A stretch of DNA of 64,000 nucleotides from Pecten maximus (taxonomy: Eukaryota): positions 56,544,001 to 56,608,000 of the forward strand of contig NC_047015.1 in the NCBI RefSeq assembly GCF_902652985.1. Reading direction: 5' to 3'. The first letter of the stretch is position 1. Every line of letters starts with the position of its first letter. The notes beneath the pieces are model-generated. The model did not search any database and had not been told where the DNA came from. It saw only the letters and a list, made by a program, of their open reading frames with translations. Shown piece after piece: positions 13,721 to 26,688 of this stretch. Both the position numbers and the translations under genes were made by a program.

Positions 13721-13867
13721 AATGAAACCAACATCAGCAATGAAACAAACATCAGCAATGAAACCAATATCACTAATGAAACTAACATCACTAATGAAAC
13801 TAACATCACTAATGAAACCAACATCACTAATGAAACCAACATCACCATTCTAAATACAATACTATAA
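13721..13867 (+). repeat. second (NETNI[S/T])7 array ending in a stop codon; exon-like remnant
   Basis: 7 x 18 bp, every unit translates NETNIS or NETNIT, followed by ILNTIL-TAA. An acceptor-like tttcag lies at 13677-13682. Confidence 0.85.
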
Positions 13868-15429
13868 AAAAAGTATTAATCTTGGCCAAATGTCATATGT
13901 CACTTTTGTATAAGACGTTAAAGAAATATATGAAATGTACCCTACATTATTGATGAATGTCCCAGAAAAAATATATCCAGCTTGTTTTGAATATATTGAG
14001 ATAGTCGTACTAAATTGCCAATCGATATAATAATTCATGACTTTTTTCTAGTACGAAGTTTTAATAGAATTTGAATGTCCCGTTTTGATTGAAAACATTC
14101 TGTCTAAAAGTTTTTAAAATTCAAACATTTTTACTTGGCATCGAATTGCTTTCAGTAGAGTTCATATTAGAAATATTTATAAATCATCTATTTAACAGCA
14201 AACCATAAAAATCTTTCTCGGATATAGAAGTTATTAAACAACTCTAGCGTAGAAATTCTAATTATATGGAAACCTCTTCAAAAGACTTGGGCTGAAAAAG
14301 ATACAGCTGATCGTCTAAGGATAGTCACTACTGATGTCGGATTGATTGATTGCTAGTAAGGCAACTCAAGGCAGGTATTTTGTTGCTGGTAATAGCATAG
14401 AAGTTATCTCTAGAACTGTTTTCAAAGGTGTTCTCGGTTGATGGTACGTTGAACGCTCTCTTAGAACACAAATAATGAGTCTTGCTTGGTGGTCATATCA
14501 TTTACATTCAACTTTATTCATAGGGATATTTGTATCTAACGAAATGGGTTGATGCACATCTGAAATGCTTTCAAAACATCTGGTAATTTTGTGTTTGGTT
14601 TCGTTGCATATGATCTGTAATCTCCTTCTGCATGTAATCAACAGCGAAGGATATAATATGAAGTGTTCGTGATTTTTTTTGTTAAAAATGCCGTCCTGGT
14701 GTTAATTTTCAATCTATGTTATTCCTTTATTCCTTCAAATTTAATATTCAAAAACTTAAAACTACTGCAAATTTCCAGAAAAAAGCATGGATTTTACACT
14801 GGTTGTAGCATAAAGAGAAAGGTAAGGCGTTATAAATTGTAACTAATCAAAACTGGACAACATGTATTCATATAAAACTTTTATTTTTTACTTTTGTTTC
14901 TTAAATGCGTCATTTTAGCGGTATAAAACATATTGTGAGCGATTTAGGAAAGACGAATTGGATTATCCTCATGTTTTAAATCTAGAAAAATATGAAATAA
15001 AGGTTCTGTCAATTCCCTTTCTTAATTGTACATAATTAGTTGGTCTTAGCTAATGGATATATCTTCTATAAAGTATCTTTTGTACTTTCTGTTGATGTCT
15101 TATTGACTATTACGTTCATTTGTCCCTAATTTGGTATGTTTACGGCAAGATAAATGAAATTTTAATGTGTTTAATATGTGATGTAGGTTACTCTTTTGTG
15201 TATTTTGCCCCGTTATTATGAGACGTAGAGATATTTTTCTCCATAAATTGGCGTTTTATATTTCGTACTTTTTTTGTGGATTGATGCTGTTGTTAAAATT
15301 TTAAGCCTGTCCATTTTACAATGTTTACTAACGTTCCATCTTTCACCCTTGTGTGTTAACGCAGTGACATGTTTTGTCTTTTTATATTAAGACAGTGGTA
15401 TCAGTTATCTTTTTTAAACTGGAACTACC

Positions 15430-16050
15430 AATATTGTTCCTTTGTGTGTTGACATTATTGTATATTGTGTCCTTCTATGTTTGGACGTCCTTTTATATTG
15501 TGTCCTCGTGTTGACGCCATTGTATATGGCATTGTGCTGACGCCCTTTTATATTGTGTCCTTGTGTGTTGACGCCATTGTATAGTATGTCCTTGTGTCTT
15601 GAACACATTGTATATAGTGTCCATGTGTGTTAACGCCATTTCATATTGTGTCCACGTGTGCTGACGCCATTGTATATTGTGTCATTGAATGATGAAGCTA
15701 TTGCATATTGTGTCTCTTGTGTGTTGACGTCCTTGTCTATTGTGTCCTTGAGTTGACGCCCTTGTGTATTTGCCTTTGTGTATTGACGCCAATATATATT
15801 GTGTCCTGGTGTGTTGACGCCCTTGTCTATTGTATCCTTCTGTGTTGACACTGTGGTAAATTCCGCCCATTTAGGTTGATGCCGTTGTATATTGTGCCAT
15901 CCTGGCTTGAAGTTATTGCATACCGTGTCCTTGTGTCCTGAAGGTTTTGTATATTTGTGAGGTCATGTTTTTTTAGTTTCATCAATGTATGTTGAGGTAT
16001 TGTATGCATTCCATGTGTGTTGATATAATGTGTCCTCGTGTCTTGAAGCA
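15430..16050. repeat. ~31-bp degenerate minisatellite
   Basis: consensus attgtatattgtgtccttgtgtgttgacgcc, decaying toward the 3' end. Confidence 0.9.
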
Positions 16051-16856
16051 GTTTTATATTTTTATTTCTATTTAACATTTGTTAATAATCTGATATGGAA
16101 GCTTTGATATTAAAAAACGCATTTGTTTCCTAAATGAAAAATTGGGTTGATAAAGCTTTCATCCTGCAGGACATTTTGATTAAACATAAATTTGTAGACG
16201 CATTATGTTGCAAAGCAAATAATGACTTTGTAATTCGTTAATTTACCAATTTTCCAGTCGTGTGCTTAATGATTTATATTGTTTTGCTTTTTGCACTTGC
16301 TGAATTAGCACGTGGGATCTCTTTCGAATGTTCGATTGGAACACAACGAAATGTACGACAGATATATCGAAGCGGAACGACCGATGTGCTTGTCCCTTAA
16401 TAGATGTCAATCATTATCTTTGTGTCACGTGATGTATTCTATAGGATTCACATTACTCTCTGTGCACATAACATACCATTACTTATCAACAAGGGACTTA
16501 ACAGCATCAGCGGCCAGTACTTAAACGTCCTTTTAAAACCATAGCTGGGACATATCAAATTTCACATGGATGCATAATGAAGTATGTAAATATGACAAAG
16601 AACAGAAAATATGGGGCATTTACTAAAGAAATTCCATCTTCAATGTCTGTCACTTCCTCCAATCGTTTGATCTGATTTCTTTGCCATTCCTATATTAGGA
16701 AATAATAACAATTAAGGGGCCAGTTGCTGTTAAGGTAGCGGTAGGGTCCAGGGTAAAAAGCAATCAGTTGTTCCTGTTATAGCCCCCAATGGATGCGACA
16801 CAAAGCTAAAACATTGTTCCCGGTTTAGTCTACAACAACCGTCGCCATGATTCAGT

Positions 16857-16909
16857 ATGAACCATAAAGAGATTTTCCCTTTAACCCATTTGCGGCTGGG
16901 TCTTGAGAG
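16857..16909 (+). CDS. weak candidate alternative first coding exon (MNHKEIFPLTHLRLGLE, phase 2)
   Basis: ATG to GAG|GTAAAG at the end of a GC-richer patch (16715-16910); no homology recognised. Confidence 0.15.
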
Positions 16910-17439
16910 GTAAAGTATACATCCTTTATGTCTAGATTTAACGTATAGGTTAAGTGATGACTTCATTGCAGGTGTTGAATACTTTTTTTAGTCGAACAGG
17001 TGTCATCTACCTTTTTCAAAGAAATCAGACGTCACGTCCGTTTTTTTCAAACGTTAAACAAAAGCTATTAAGCTAAACTATCTAAAATACAGTAAAATAC
17101 AGACAAACAAAATCCACACAATTGCAAGTATTTTAGTTATAGAATGATAGATAGATATATAATTGTATATAGTTTTATTTATTATTATGTTGTTAGATTA
17201 GTCACTTCATCAAAAAGGGCTTTTTAAATGTAATTAACTGGAATAGCAGCCGAAATGGGTTTTGGTTTTATCAATAATGTACATTTGTATGTATTATTGG
17301 TATGCAAATGAGATTTGTAATATCCATACTGGCTTTTGATATTGCAATTATGAATATGTAATAGATGCAATTAAGAAGACAATCGCAATTTCCAAATATA
17401 TCTGAAGTTTGTTTCACATTATGAAAAAAAGCTAAACTT

Positions 17440-17529
17440 TGTAACCTTCTTATGAGTGAAAACTATTTCACATTGTTTTAAACTTTTGTTGTACGTAAAA
17501 TTAGTGTAGCTGGGATACTGAAAACTTTA
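17440..17529 (+). repeat. direct repeat, copy 1
   Basis: tgtaaccttcttatgagtgaaaact...gggatactgaaaacttta recurs at 18774-18874. Confidence 0.8.
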
Positions 17530-18272
17530 TTTGAAAGAAAAAACGTAATAAAATCACTATCATATTTGATTATTGCTCTTCATATAAATATAGGTTTTTC
17601 TTAAGACGTGTGTTTCACATAGTTTGATTTACGATGAGCAAATATAAAATCATATTCTTGAAATAGATATTATTAAAATATGATATTTCACAGTGGTTTT
17701 ATATATTTGTGTTCATAATTTAAGAATTACATGTGCAAGTAGTTGTCTTTGCCGTTTCTAGTATTTAAAATTATAATTGAAGGCAAATATCATGATGAAA
17801 TATAAGTTTGATCTGAAAGTGCATGCTTTATATTTGCCAATGAAGTTATCCCTGTTAGGTCAAGCTAACCAATCTTTTTGTATACGCACTTGAGCAATAC
17901 TTTTCTAAATTCAAAGTTAATATTCCTTTGCAGAATAGTTAACGATAAGTTAAAAATAAACAATATTTTTCAATTACCTACCACGGTGTAAGGTGATATC
18001 ATATTTGTTAAAAGAAAATGATACATTTAAATGGATAGCTATCGTCAAAAGATGCAATGGTGTCTATTGTCAATGTGCAATTTGTATCGTATAAGTGTTG
18101 TTAAATTACACCCTCACAAGTTAGAGGTTTCTCGTAGGCAAAGGACCTTTTTACCTAATTCCTTAAATGCATCGCTTTAAGTGTAGTAAAGGTAATTGAC
18201 AGATGGTAAGATCTCGTCCTAATTGAGTACGTACTGCACAACAGTCACACAAAGATTTGTATACTGGGCTGC

Positions 18273-18297
18273 ATGCTGTGTGTCCTGTGCTTGAAAT
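18273..18297 (+). CDS. weak candidate first coding mini-exon (MLCVLCLK, phase 1)
   Basis: ATG followed by a GTAAGT donor at 18298; no homology recognised. Confidence 0.2.
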
Positions 18298-18773
18298 GTA
18301 AGTATTTATCTGCTTGAGTTGCCGACTGCATAGGAATTAAGTTTTAACAGGGCTAGGAATCCCATGTTTTTGTCCCATGAGATGTTAGACATTTATTTGT
18401 TTGTTTTCGTTAGAAGAAATGTGTTCCAGATGTCTATTGCATGTTGATTTCGTTTTATGATACCACGTGGCAGACTTATTGATTTGTTTAATTTCTACCG
18501 ATACATTACATGGGTATTGTTTTTCATTGTGAGACCAGATATTGAGTTTTATAACTATAAACAGCTATCAACACCTAAGAAGTTTTGTAAAGTTCTTTTA
18601 TCAATAATGTATTTAATCAATTGACTGAAATAAAAAGGAGCACATTTTGATTTAAACGACAACATTTAACCTTCATTACTCAAAACATTAATATTTAATT
18701 TAATGGTTTTGAATGATATTTTTGATCAATTAATATTTTTACAAATATGATATCAAAAGAAGATATTAAAATA

Positions 18774-18874
18774 TGTAACCTTCTTATGAGTGAAAACTGT
18801 TTTCATATTGTCTTTAACTTTTGCTGTTGGCGTAGGTAAAATCAATCAATTTTACCGGGATACTGAAAACTTTA
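18774..18874 (+). repeat. direct repeat, copy 2
   Basis: matches 17440-17529, including an identical 25-bp start. Confidence 0.8.
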
Positions 18875-21800
18875 AAAAACATAAATCAAATAGCAAACAT
18901 CAGTGATTGCTATGTATTGCTATGTAGCAAAATTAATTACGATGTAAACGTTTGTGTGTGACTCTAGCAGAATTTCAATAATACTTTTTTCGTGAAATGT
19001 AACATAACAAATGCATGTCAATATAAGTATTTCGCGTTAATGTCTAGTTGATGAGTGTCTTTATTCAGTACCAGATTGATAGGGTTGAATAGGAATCATA
19101 TGACTGCCTTCCTCCGTGTTTACATTTTTGAAAACTCAAAACGCAAAATTAGAAATAATTGAGATTTGTTCCTTGATCAAAGACCAAAGTTTCGTTAAGA
19201 CGTTAATGGTATTTATATGGAATCAAATTCTTCATATCTTCATTAACATATTCCAAAGCTGTGTTTTATTTTTTCACCTGTCTTAAAGAAAAAATCAGGC
19301 AGTAAGAACAAATGAAAACCTTATACTGATTAGGCTAATAAATACATTATAAGTACATTTGCTCAAACTATATTTTAAGTACATGTATGCTGATCATTGC
19401 CACAGTTTCTTCTAGTAGTTTAATCCTGATATGCCATGGCTTATACCGTCCTTATTAACCTGTGACGGATGACAGGGGTATTTAATTCACTCAACATCTC
19501 ACTATGGTATGTGTGGTGTGACTAATAGCCATGTTTTCAGCACGTTGCCAGCCATAGGAGTGAGTAAGCCTGCTCATTTATATAACGTTGTTAAGAAATT
19601 CTAAACCATTATCTTTACTGTGGCATTAGAACTCACTATGTCAGATATATCATTCTCGTATTTGTGTACATTTAGATTTTGTTCGGGGTAAAATTGGTTG
19701 TAGCGTTCTCGCCATGGTCTCAAATGTGATATAATACGTAAAATATGTGATAACAAAAGAGTCATATTTTATAAGTTAAATACAACATGTCTTGCGCCGC
19801 GTAAAATAACAAACTGGTTCGCTGGATAGCAACCTTATGTGGCGGCCTTTGTCCATAAATGGAAAATAATGAAGGAATTGATCTGGCAATCGAGAGATTA
19901 ATTTCTTTTTGATAAAAGTCATGTATACAATAAAGTTCGCTTGTCACAATAGAGTAATTGAAAGCAAGATTTGTGAAACAGTTTAGTAGCGAACTTGAGC
20001 AGGTTGCCCGGACTGTTCATTGGTGCTAATCTATGTGTCGACAAACTGTCAAAGGGCGATAAGGAAGAAAATCTAATTAGGACAGAGTTGTCGTTCTTTC
20101 TTGAGTTAACCGGGGACGATATAAGAAAGGGCCTCACAACGGAATGTATCACATTGCGGATGTTCGTAGAGCACAAAAATGATGAGTCATGTTAAACAGT
20201 GCATTGACTCCTAAAGAGAATACAATGGTTATTGATTAAAAGAAAATAACACAGAAAACATTCTATTTCTAATGAAATACATTTTCAATATATACTTGGC
20301 TTAATGTGCAACACCAAAGGTTGTGTAATCCGTTCTACACAGATTGTCAGATTAAACAGGTTTGTATGAACATATCACAAGTTGCTGCAAGCCATTGGTA
20401 TTCAGAAGATGTGGCATATTTTATTTCCTAATTTAATTTTTTTTATTTTGAAAATTATCAGATACATGTAAACATATATTGTTCCATGTTGTCGTGGTTG
20501 TTTGATTTACGATAGGAAGTTTGATACTTTCGTAGAAGTAGAGAAGGCTAATTTATGCATTTATTCATTATGTATAATGTTTAAGAATGGTTTGCTAGAC
20601 ATATTCATGGCAGATATATCTGATGTATACCCTGGTAATAATCGTTTTCACATAATTTCCATATCTCTATAGATAGCTTTCATCATCCTTTCACCAGTAC
20701 ATTTTTCACACCAAAAACACATTATTTTAATGTATTTCCCATTTGAATAATTTATTCATCTTATGAAAAGAAGTACAAAAGTCAAAGTCAAACCTTGAAA
20801 ATGGAGGAGGCAATTTAAGTCACAGTGTGAATATTCAATGTCCGCCATTGAAGCTCGTCCTTTGAACCGTAACGTATCAAGTGACTAAACTGAATTCCAA
20901 CAGAGAGAGTTCCACTTTGGATGCATACCCCGGATAATTTGTTTATTCAGTTTTGAGAATTTTATGTTTCGTTTCTAACAAAATATAAAGCATATTTGAA
21001 AAGAATAATGCGAAATTTAAGATTAATAAAAATACATAACCTTGAAAAAATAAATATAGGAATTTTAAAACGAATCATAAAATATTTTCATAGCTGCTAT
21101 TATCATTTTATGCTTTGAAGTTAAATGTGTATATGTCAAAATGTATTGCAAGGTATGTTATATTGTGACAACAGCAGGACAGGTCTAGTACCAAGTTTAT
21201 ATCGCCGGGGAGTGACGGTGTTCCAGAAGACTGGATAGTTTTCCATGATACAAACGCAAACCGAAGTTTAGAGTGACATAAATTTGGTAAGATATCATGT
21301 TTATTGAGGGAAAGTGAATGTTGTTTTCATACCATTTTAAAATGACTATTTTATTGCTTAGTTGATTTATGAATTATAAAAATGTGTCAGTATATTTGAT
21401 TTGCAGCGAAAATAGATTTTGACAGTAATTTATAAAGTAGGGGGAAATATCAAAATGTTCTTCAGACCGAGCTAGAGTAAATTATTTTTTGAAATACAAT
21501 CTGAAATCTAATCCAGCTGTATAGTTGTTTTAAACATTTTGCAAACTGAAAAAAATTCTGACATGACATTTTTGAGACATGAGAATCGAATGTGCATTTT
21601 ACATCACAATTCTCTTTTCATGTCGGTATACCCTGCTTATAATACATTATCACAAATAATCTGAGTAATGAAATAAACATCTTTTTATATATTTTATTAC
21701 ATTCAACCATAATAACACGACAGCAGAAAACACATGGCCTTATAACAACGCGTGTTCTTTCGTTCTGAATGAAGTCAGTGAATCATTTTAACATTGCTTT

Positions 21801-24800
21801 TATTTCGGTAATGAAACGCAGAAACTAGAGATTATTTATTGTATTTGCATATTAATGTAATAAAAGCTGGATGTTTCAAAAGCTGTATTCATACAAATCC
21901 ACAGGTTGTATACAAAATGTTGCTTTTATTTGTTGTCAATTTTATGTATTTTTATTTAATATTTGCGATGATATACAAACTGGTATAGCAGTCTTCATGT
22001 AACGTGTGTTGATATTTCTGATACGTGTGGGACAAACAGGTTGATATAACCGACCGGCCATGACACCCACCCTAGCACGTGACTGTACTCGATGTCTGTT
22101 ACCCCCGAAACAGATGTCTCGGGTAGGAATACACACTATAATACAAACAACTTCAAAAGTCTTGCAGGATACCAACAAGTCATCCATTTGAACCTTGCCC
22201 CTGGGTGTTGTGGCGACTCATTGCATGATATGTTTGAAAGGATAATTTTTCAGTGTCGGTAAACTTGACTTCTAAATAATGCTAATACAAAGAGTCAAAC
22301 GCTTGTTATTTCTATTTGCAGGTGTTAGCGAAATGATAATTGATAGTTGTAGTTTTTTGTGACTGCCTTCAAAGCAGTTTAATGAAAACAAAACCCGACA
22401 AATGAAGCTTGCGGACTATCTTAGAGATGAAAACATCTTATTTCATTATACCATAATAAATTGTATGCTCGCGTGGCTTGTAATGGAAAGATAAAGGTAC
22501 AGCCAGAAAGTTTACTTGAACAATGGTATACAAAGAAATTTATCCATCAATAAAAGTCAGTTCAAAAAGATGTAAAAATAGTTTTGAAAGCTGACGGATA
22601 CTTTAGAAAGGAAATTGGTTTGACGATTGTTGTTTTAATTGAAATAAATTGACATACGTTGATTAATTAATATGATTTCGAAAAATTAAGTTGGATTTTT
22701 ATCTGAACAAACAGTATTTACATCTAATACGTGGAACAGGATTCATTTTTCAGCATTTGTTTTCATTTGGAATATATTTGTTTATCAAGCTCTAGATGTA
22801 TGTTTATTTGACAATTAATCATGAATATGAATTAATTACAACATCGAATATGTGTAAATAGCCTACATAATAATGAGAAGGAAAATAATTCATTATAAGG
22901 TATTCATATCTTTTTAAGCAAATCATATATAGCATATTTGTTTGTGTGCTTCCTACTGTTGCTTTGTACTGTATATTTATGCCATATTTAGGCTTGCGAT
23001 CTGTGTGCAAATTTGTAAAAATTGTCTCGCTTCATTGACTGCGTATATGTCATATAAAATATTTTTTTGTTTTTTAGAAATAGTCTCCCTAACATAATAA
23101 ATATAAATGGGCATGTTTTAGTGAATAGGTTAAGCTACAGTTTGTTTAACAAAGTATAATATTTGCTAACAATTTCTAGGGCTTCCCCCATTGTTGATTC
23201 CCGCTCTCTATACGTTGCTATATTTAGAAATACTAAATCGATTGGCAGTTGCCTGTCACATGATTAGACGTCATAAATGGTATGTCGTCAATGCATCAAT
23301 TAAGCATTCTAATAAAGATCAAGGATATCTCAATTAAAACATACGAATATAAAAGCACTTTACTTGATATTTATTTGGTTTTTTTGTATAATAAAGAAAA
23401 AGCAAAATTGAAAATAAATCTTTATACCTTTTCTCCAGCTGTATTTTCTTTGCGCATGTGCACGCTCAGAATTAGATGTAAATATATCTTCTGTAAGTAT
23501 AATTGACCCTGAAAAGACACAATTAAAGCATAAGATTAATACATATACGTAATACTTAACAGTGTGAAATCTACTGAAGTTATTTGATCACAATGTTAAC
23601 AAACCTATTTCAAAAGGACACTAAATTTAATCTTCGATGTCAAGAAAAAAATGCATAGAACTATATGTGAATGTTCATCAATTTCCATTTTTAGGTTGTT
23701 TGTTATGAAGGGATAGTAGCTGGGGTGGCAGCAATTATGGATGTTTTTTGTTTTTTAATTCTTTATTTCTATGATCTATTTTTGTTTATTAATACCATTT
23801 ACTTATTTTGGATTGTTTCTGAATTTATGTCAACAAATAACCCCACATAGATATATATGTCATCTGACATCAAATCGTTGAACATTCTGGCTAAATATAC
23901 TTCAACAAAAAGCATCATTTACAAATATATACATGCTTTTGTAGGAAAAGGTCAAGAACACTTGCACTCCTTCCTACAAATACTTTATGTCAGGCGAGCA
24001 TCTATTGTTATGTTGAAGTCTGCCTATACAGCGTTCTTGTAGTTTTATTGTTGTCGAGATGTAGCGCAATAATGGTGTTTTAAGAATCTACACACATTCA
24101 ATTCCCCATTTTTATTGTGTGAAGAATAAGAACAAATCCGCTTCGTTCCCATCACGGTTCGCTTACTTCTCGATCGCAAGGCCAGCCGTAACTACTCCGG
24201 GCTCTTAGAGAAGCCCCGAGTAAAGAAAAAAAGGAAGAGATCGCATGATCGTTTCACAAGTATCTTGTAAAGTGAAATCCGATATATGTACCGACCTATA
24301 ATGAATGTATTGTGACCACGTGACAGAGTAGTTACATTCTGTGGGGTCCCAAGTTACCACATTTTGCGAATTCTGCAAGGAACGAAACGTGATATTTTAT
24401 GTGTGTCAAGGTTTCTACTGGGTTTTAGACACAATGATGTCCCATTGGTTCCGCATCAGTGACAGGAAATATTTATTCACCTCTCCGCCACAAATTATAT
24501 ATCAACACTTCTTCGAGTTATGATTGATCATTTCTTTGGCACGTAAAATTTAAATACATCTTTCCATCAGCGGTAGAAGCATAAGATTTATCATAATTTC
24601 ATCAATCTTTTCAATAATTTTTACTCAATTTCATTCTCTTTAACATTTTATCACGAATGAAAAATAAACATAAAAATTTGCAAAACATATATAAAAGTGT
24701 TAGTATAAAATTATCAAAGTTCAAAGATATCCAATTTCATTTTAAAATGTTACTTACTGGGGTAAAGAAAATCCTGTTAAAGGATTAAATTTCTGAACTT

Positions 24801-25110
24801 AATCAAGTACGAGGTAAGAAATCTTACACCATCAAATATTTCTGGGCTTGTTTCAATTCACTTGACATAAGCAAAACATTTTCTAAGACAACATTAAATC
24901 AAACATCATATTCTGAAAATAACTAAATATTCTAAAAGCCTTAACCCCGAAGGACTTCTGATGAAATCCTTAGATAGCAGAATAGTATTAGCCAGGGGCT
25001 CTTTTCCTGAATTTGTGTCAAAGAAACTCACATATACAGGGATTAAACCATCAAATGAGAAGAAAAATGTTCCAGCCATTTTGCATTGACTCGCAAATCC
25101 CTATTACAAT

Positions 25111-25356
25111 TATTTACATAACAAGCTTAGAATAGCGAGCGCTGATTGGATAAAAATATCCCATTTGGCAAGTACGTACCCATTTATTTGGTGTCAAGAT
25201 ATATGTAATGACCCACACGTCAAGAACTGGAAAAAAGACTTAAGGGGTCGAAACTAAAACCAAAACATCATGGAGATTCGTCATTGGATTAATTCCATTG
25301 TAAAATATTTATTAATGTTTTATTAGAACAGCGAATTCCAAACTTTTATGTAAATA
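25111..25356. mobile_element. degenerate MITE-like element with terminal inverted repeats
   Basis: Left end tatttacataacaagcttagaatagcg; right end reverse-complements to tatttacataaaagtttggaattcgc. Confidence 0.6.
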
Positions 25357-26484
25357 AATTTTATCAGATTTGTTTTTGATCCTGTTTACTTCCCTGCTAA
25401 TCCAATTTATGGTTTTATAAGCCGTCTTTGTAAAATTGCTAAATCCTTAAATTGAATTATACATTTTGACAATCACATAACAAGTTTGTTATATTTATTC
25501 TAGATTGATTCTAAGAAGAGTCAGAATTTAGATTGGATTTTTTTGTTTTTGTTTCCACAACGTTAGAACAAGATTGTGAAGCCAATACAAATATTCAGGA
25601 TAAGTAGTGTTTAAAAGTAGGATATGTTATGAAAATGTTTGATATTTTGTCATATAGTCACATGATACAAACAAGCTCACACCTGTCTGATATTCTGTTT
25701 TAATAAAATCAAAATTTAATGAAAGTATTTTGATACAAAGGATGAATTTTCGATATATGAAGTTCCGAAAGGTTTCCAACGCAGATAGAAGACGAATAAA
25801 TCAAGTGAAATCGAGCAATTCAACTTTTATAAATCGTATGAATCGATCCATTTTACACTTTGAATGGATATATTTGAATATCAAATTATAATATTGATAG
25901 ATCATCCTTTCTGAGTTTAAATAAAAAACATAGGAATATGCGTGATTTCACAAGAGTGACGTTTTCTCAAAGAAAGTAAAAAGGAAAATTTAACACTTAC
26001 CAGGAATAGGTCATACATAGTTTAAGAAATCTGATTTCTTTTATTGAAAAACCAAACGTATCACCATTTAAACCTATTCGTATTGAATGTCAAGTACCGT
26101 ACACGAAATATGATATTCATGAATAAGTACTAAATAGATAAAAACAACTTGAAAGCACAATCGAGAGGTCGCTGGAAACAGATTTTAAGAATAGATAAAA
26201 TTGAATAAAAAATATATTTACAACTCATTCAGGAAATGCTTTCTACATATTCAGATATCCAAGTTGTGTTAGATCCTAGATTTTTCTCTCCTAGAAGCAA
26301 CATAATTTTGTCATGTGTGTGCTGTTTATATACATTTGTTCACTGCTGTTTAAAAACAAATACCTAAAGGAAAAAACTACTTGGATGGTAATGTATTATC
26401 TAAAATCTAATATATTCGTGAATATATTTTTTTTTCATTATGTTTATTTATAGAAATGTATACATTTAGTTTGTGTGGTCTTAA

Positions 26485-26688
26485 ATTCGGCTGACCATTC
26501 CCTGAAGGAAATGCCTCAGAAAGATGACACGGCGATCTGGATATTTTAAGTATGTATGTTCAGTGAATCGAGATACAACCACAGAAGCTTCTGTCATATT
26601 CTGAGCCATTGCAGAAAGCGAAACACAGTATGTTAACATAGAGGAGAATTCGGTCGCAATCAATACTGACATTTACATAAAGGTAAGT
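26485..26688 (+). other. candidate non-coding exon ending at consensus donor AAG|GTAAGT (26682/26683)
   Basis: GC-richer island flanked by very AT-rich DNA; every internal ATG hits a stop before the donor. Confidence 0.25.
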
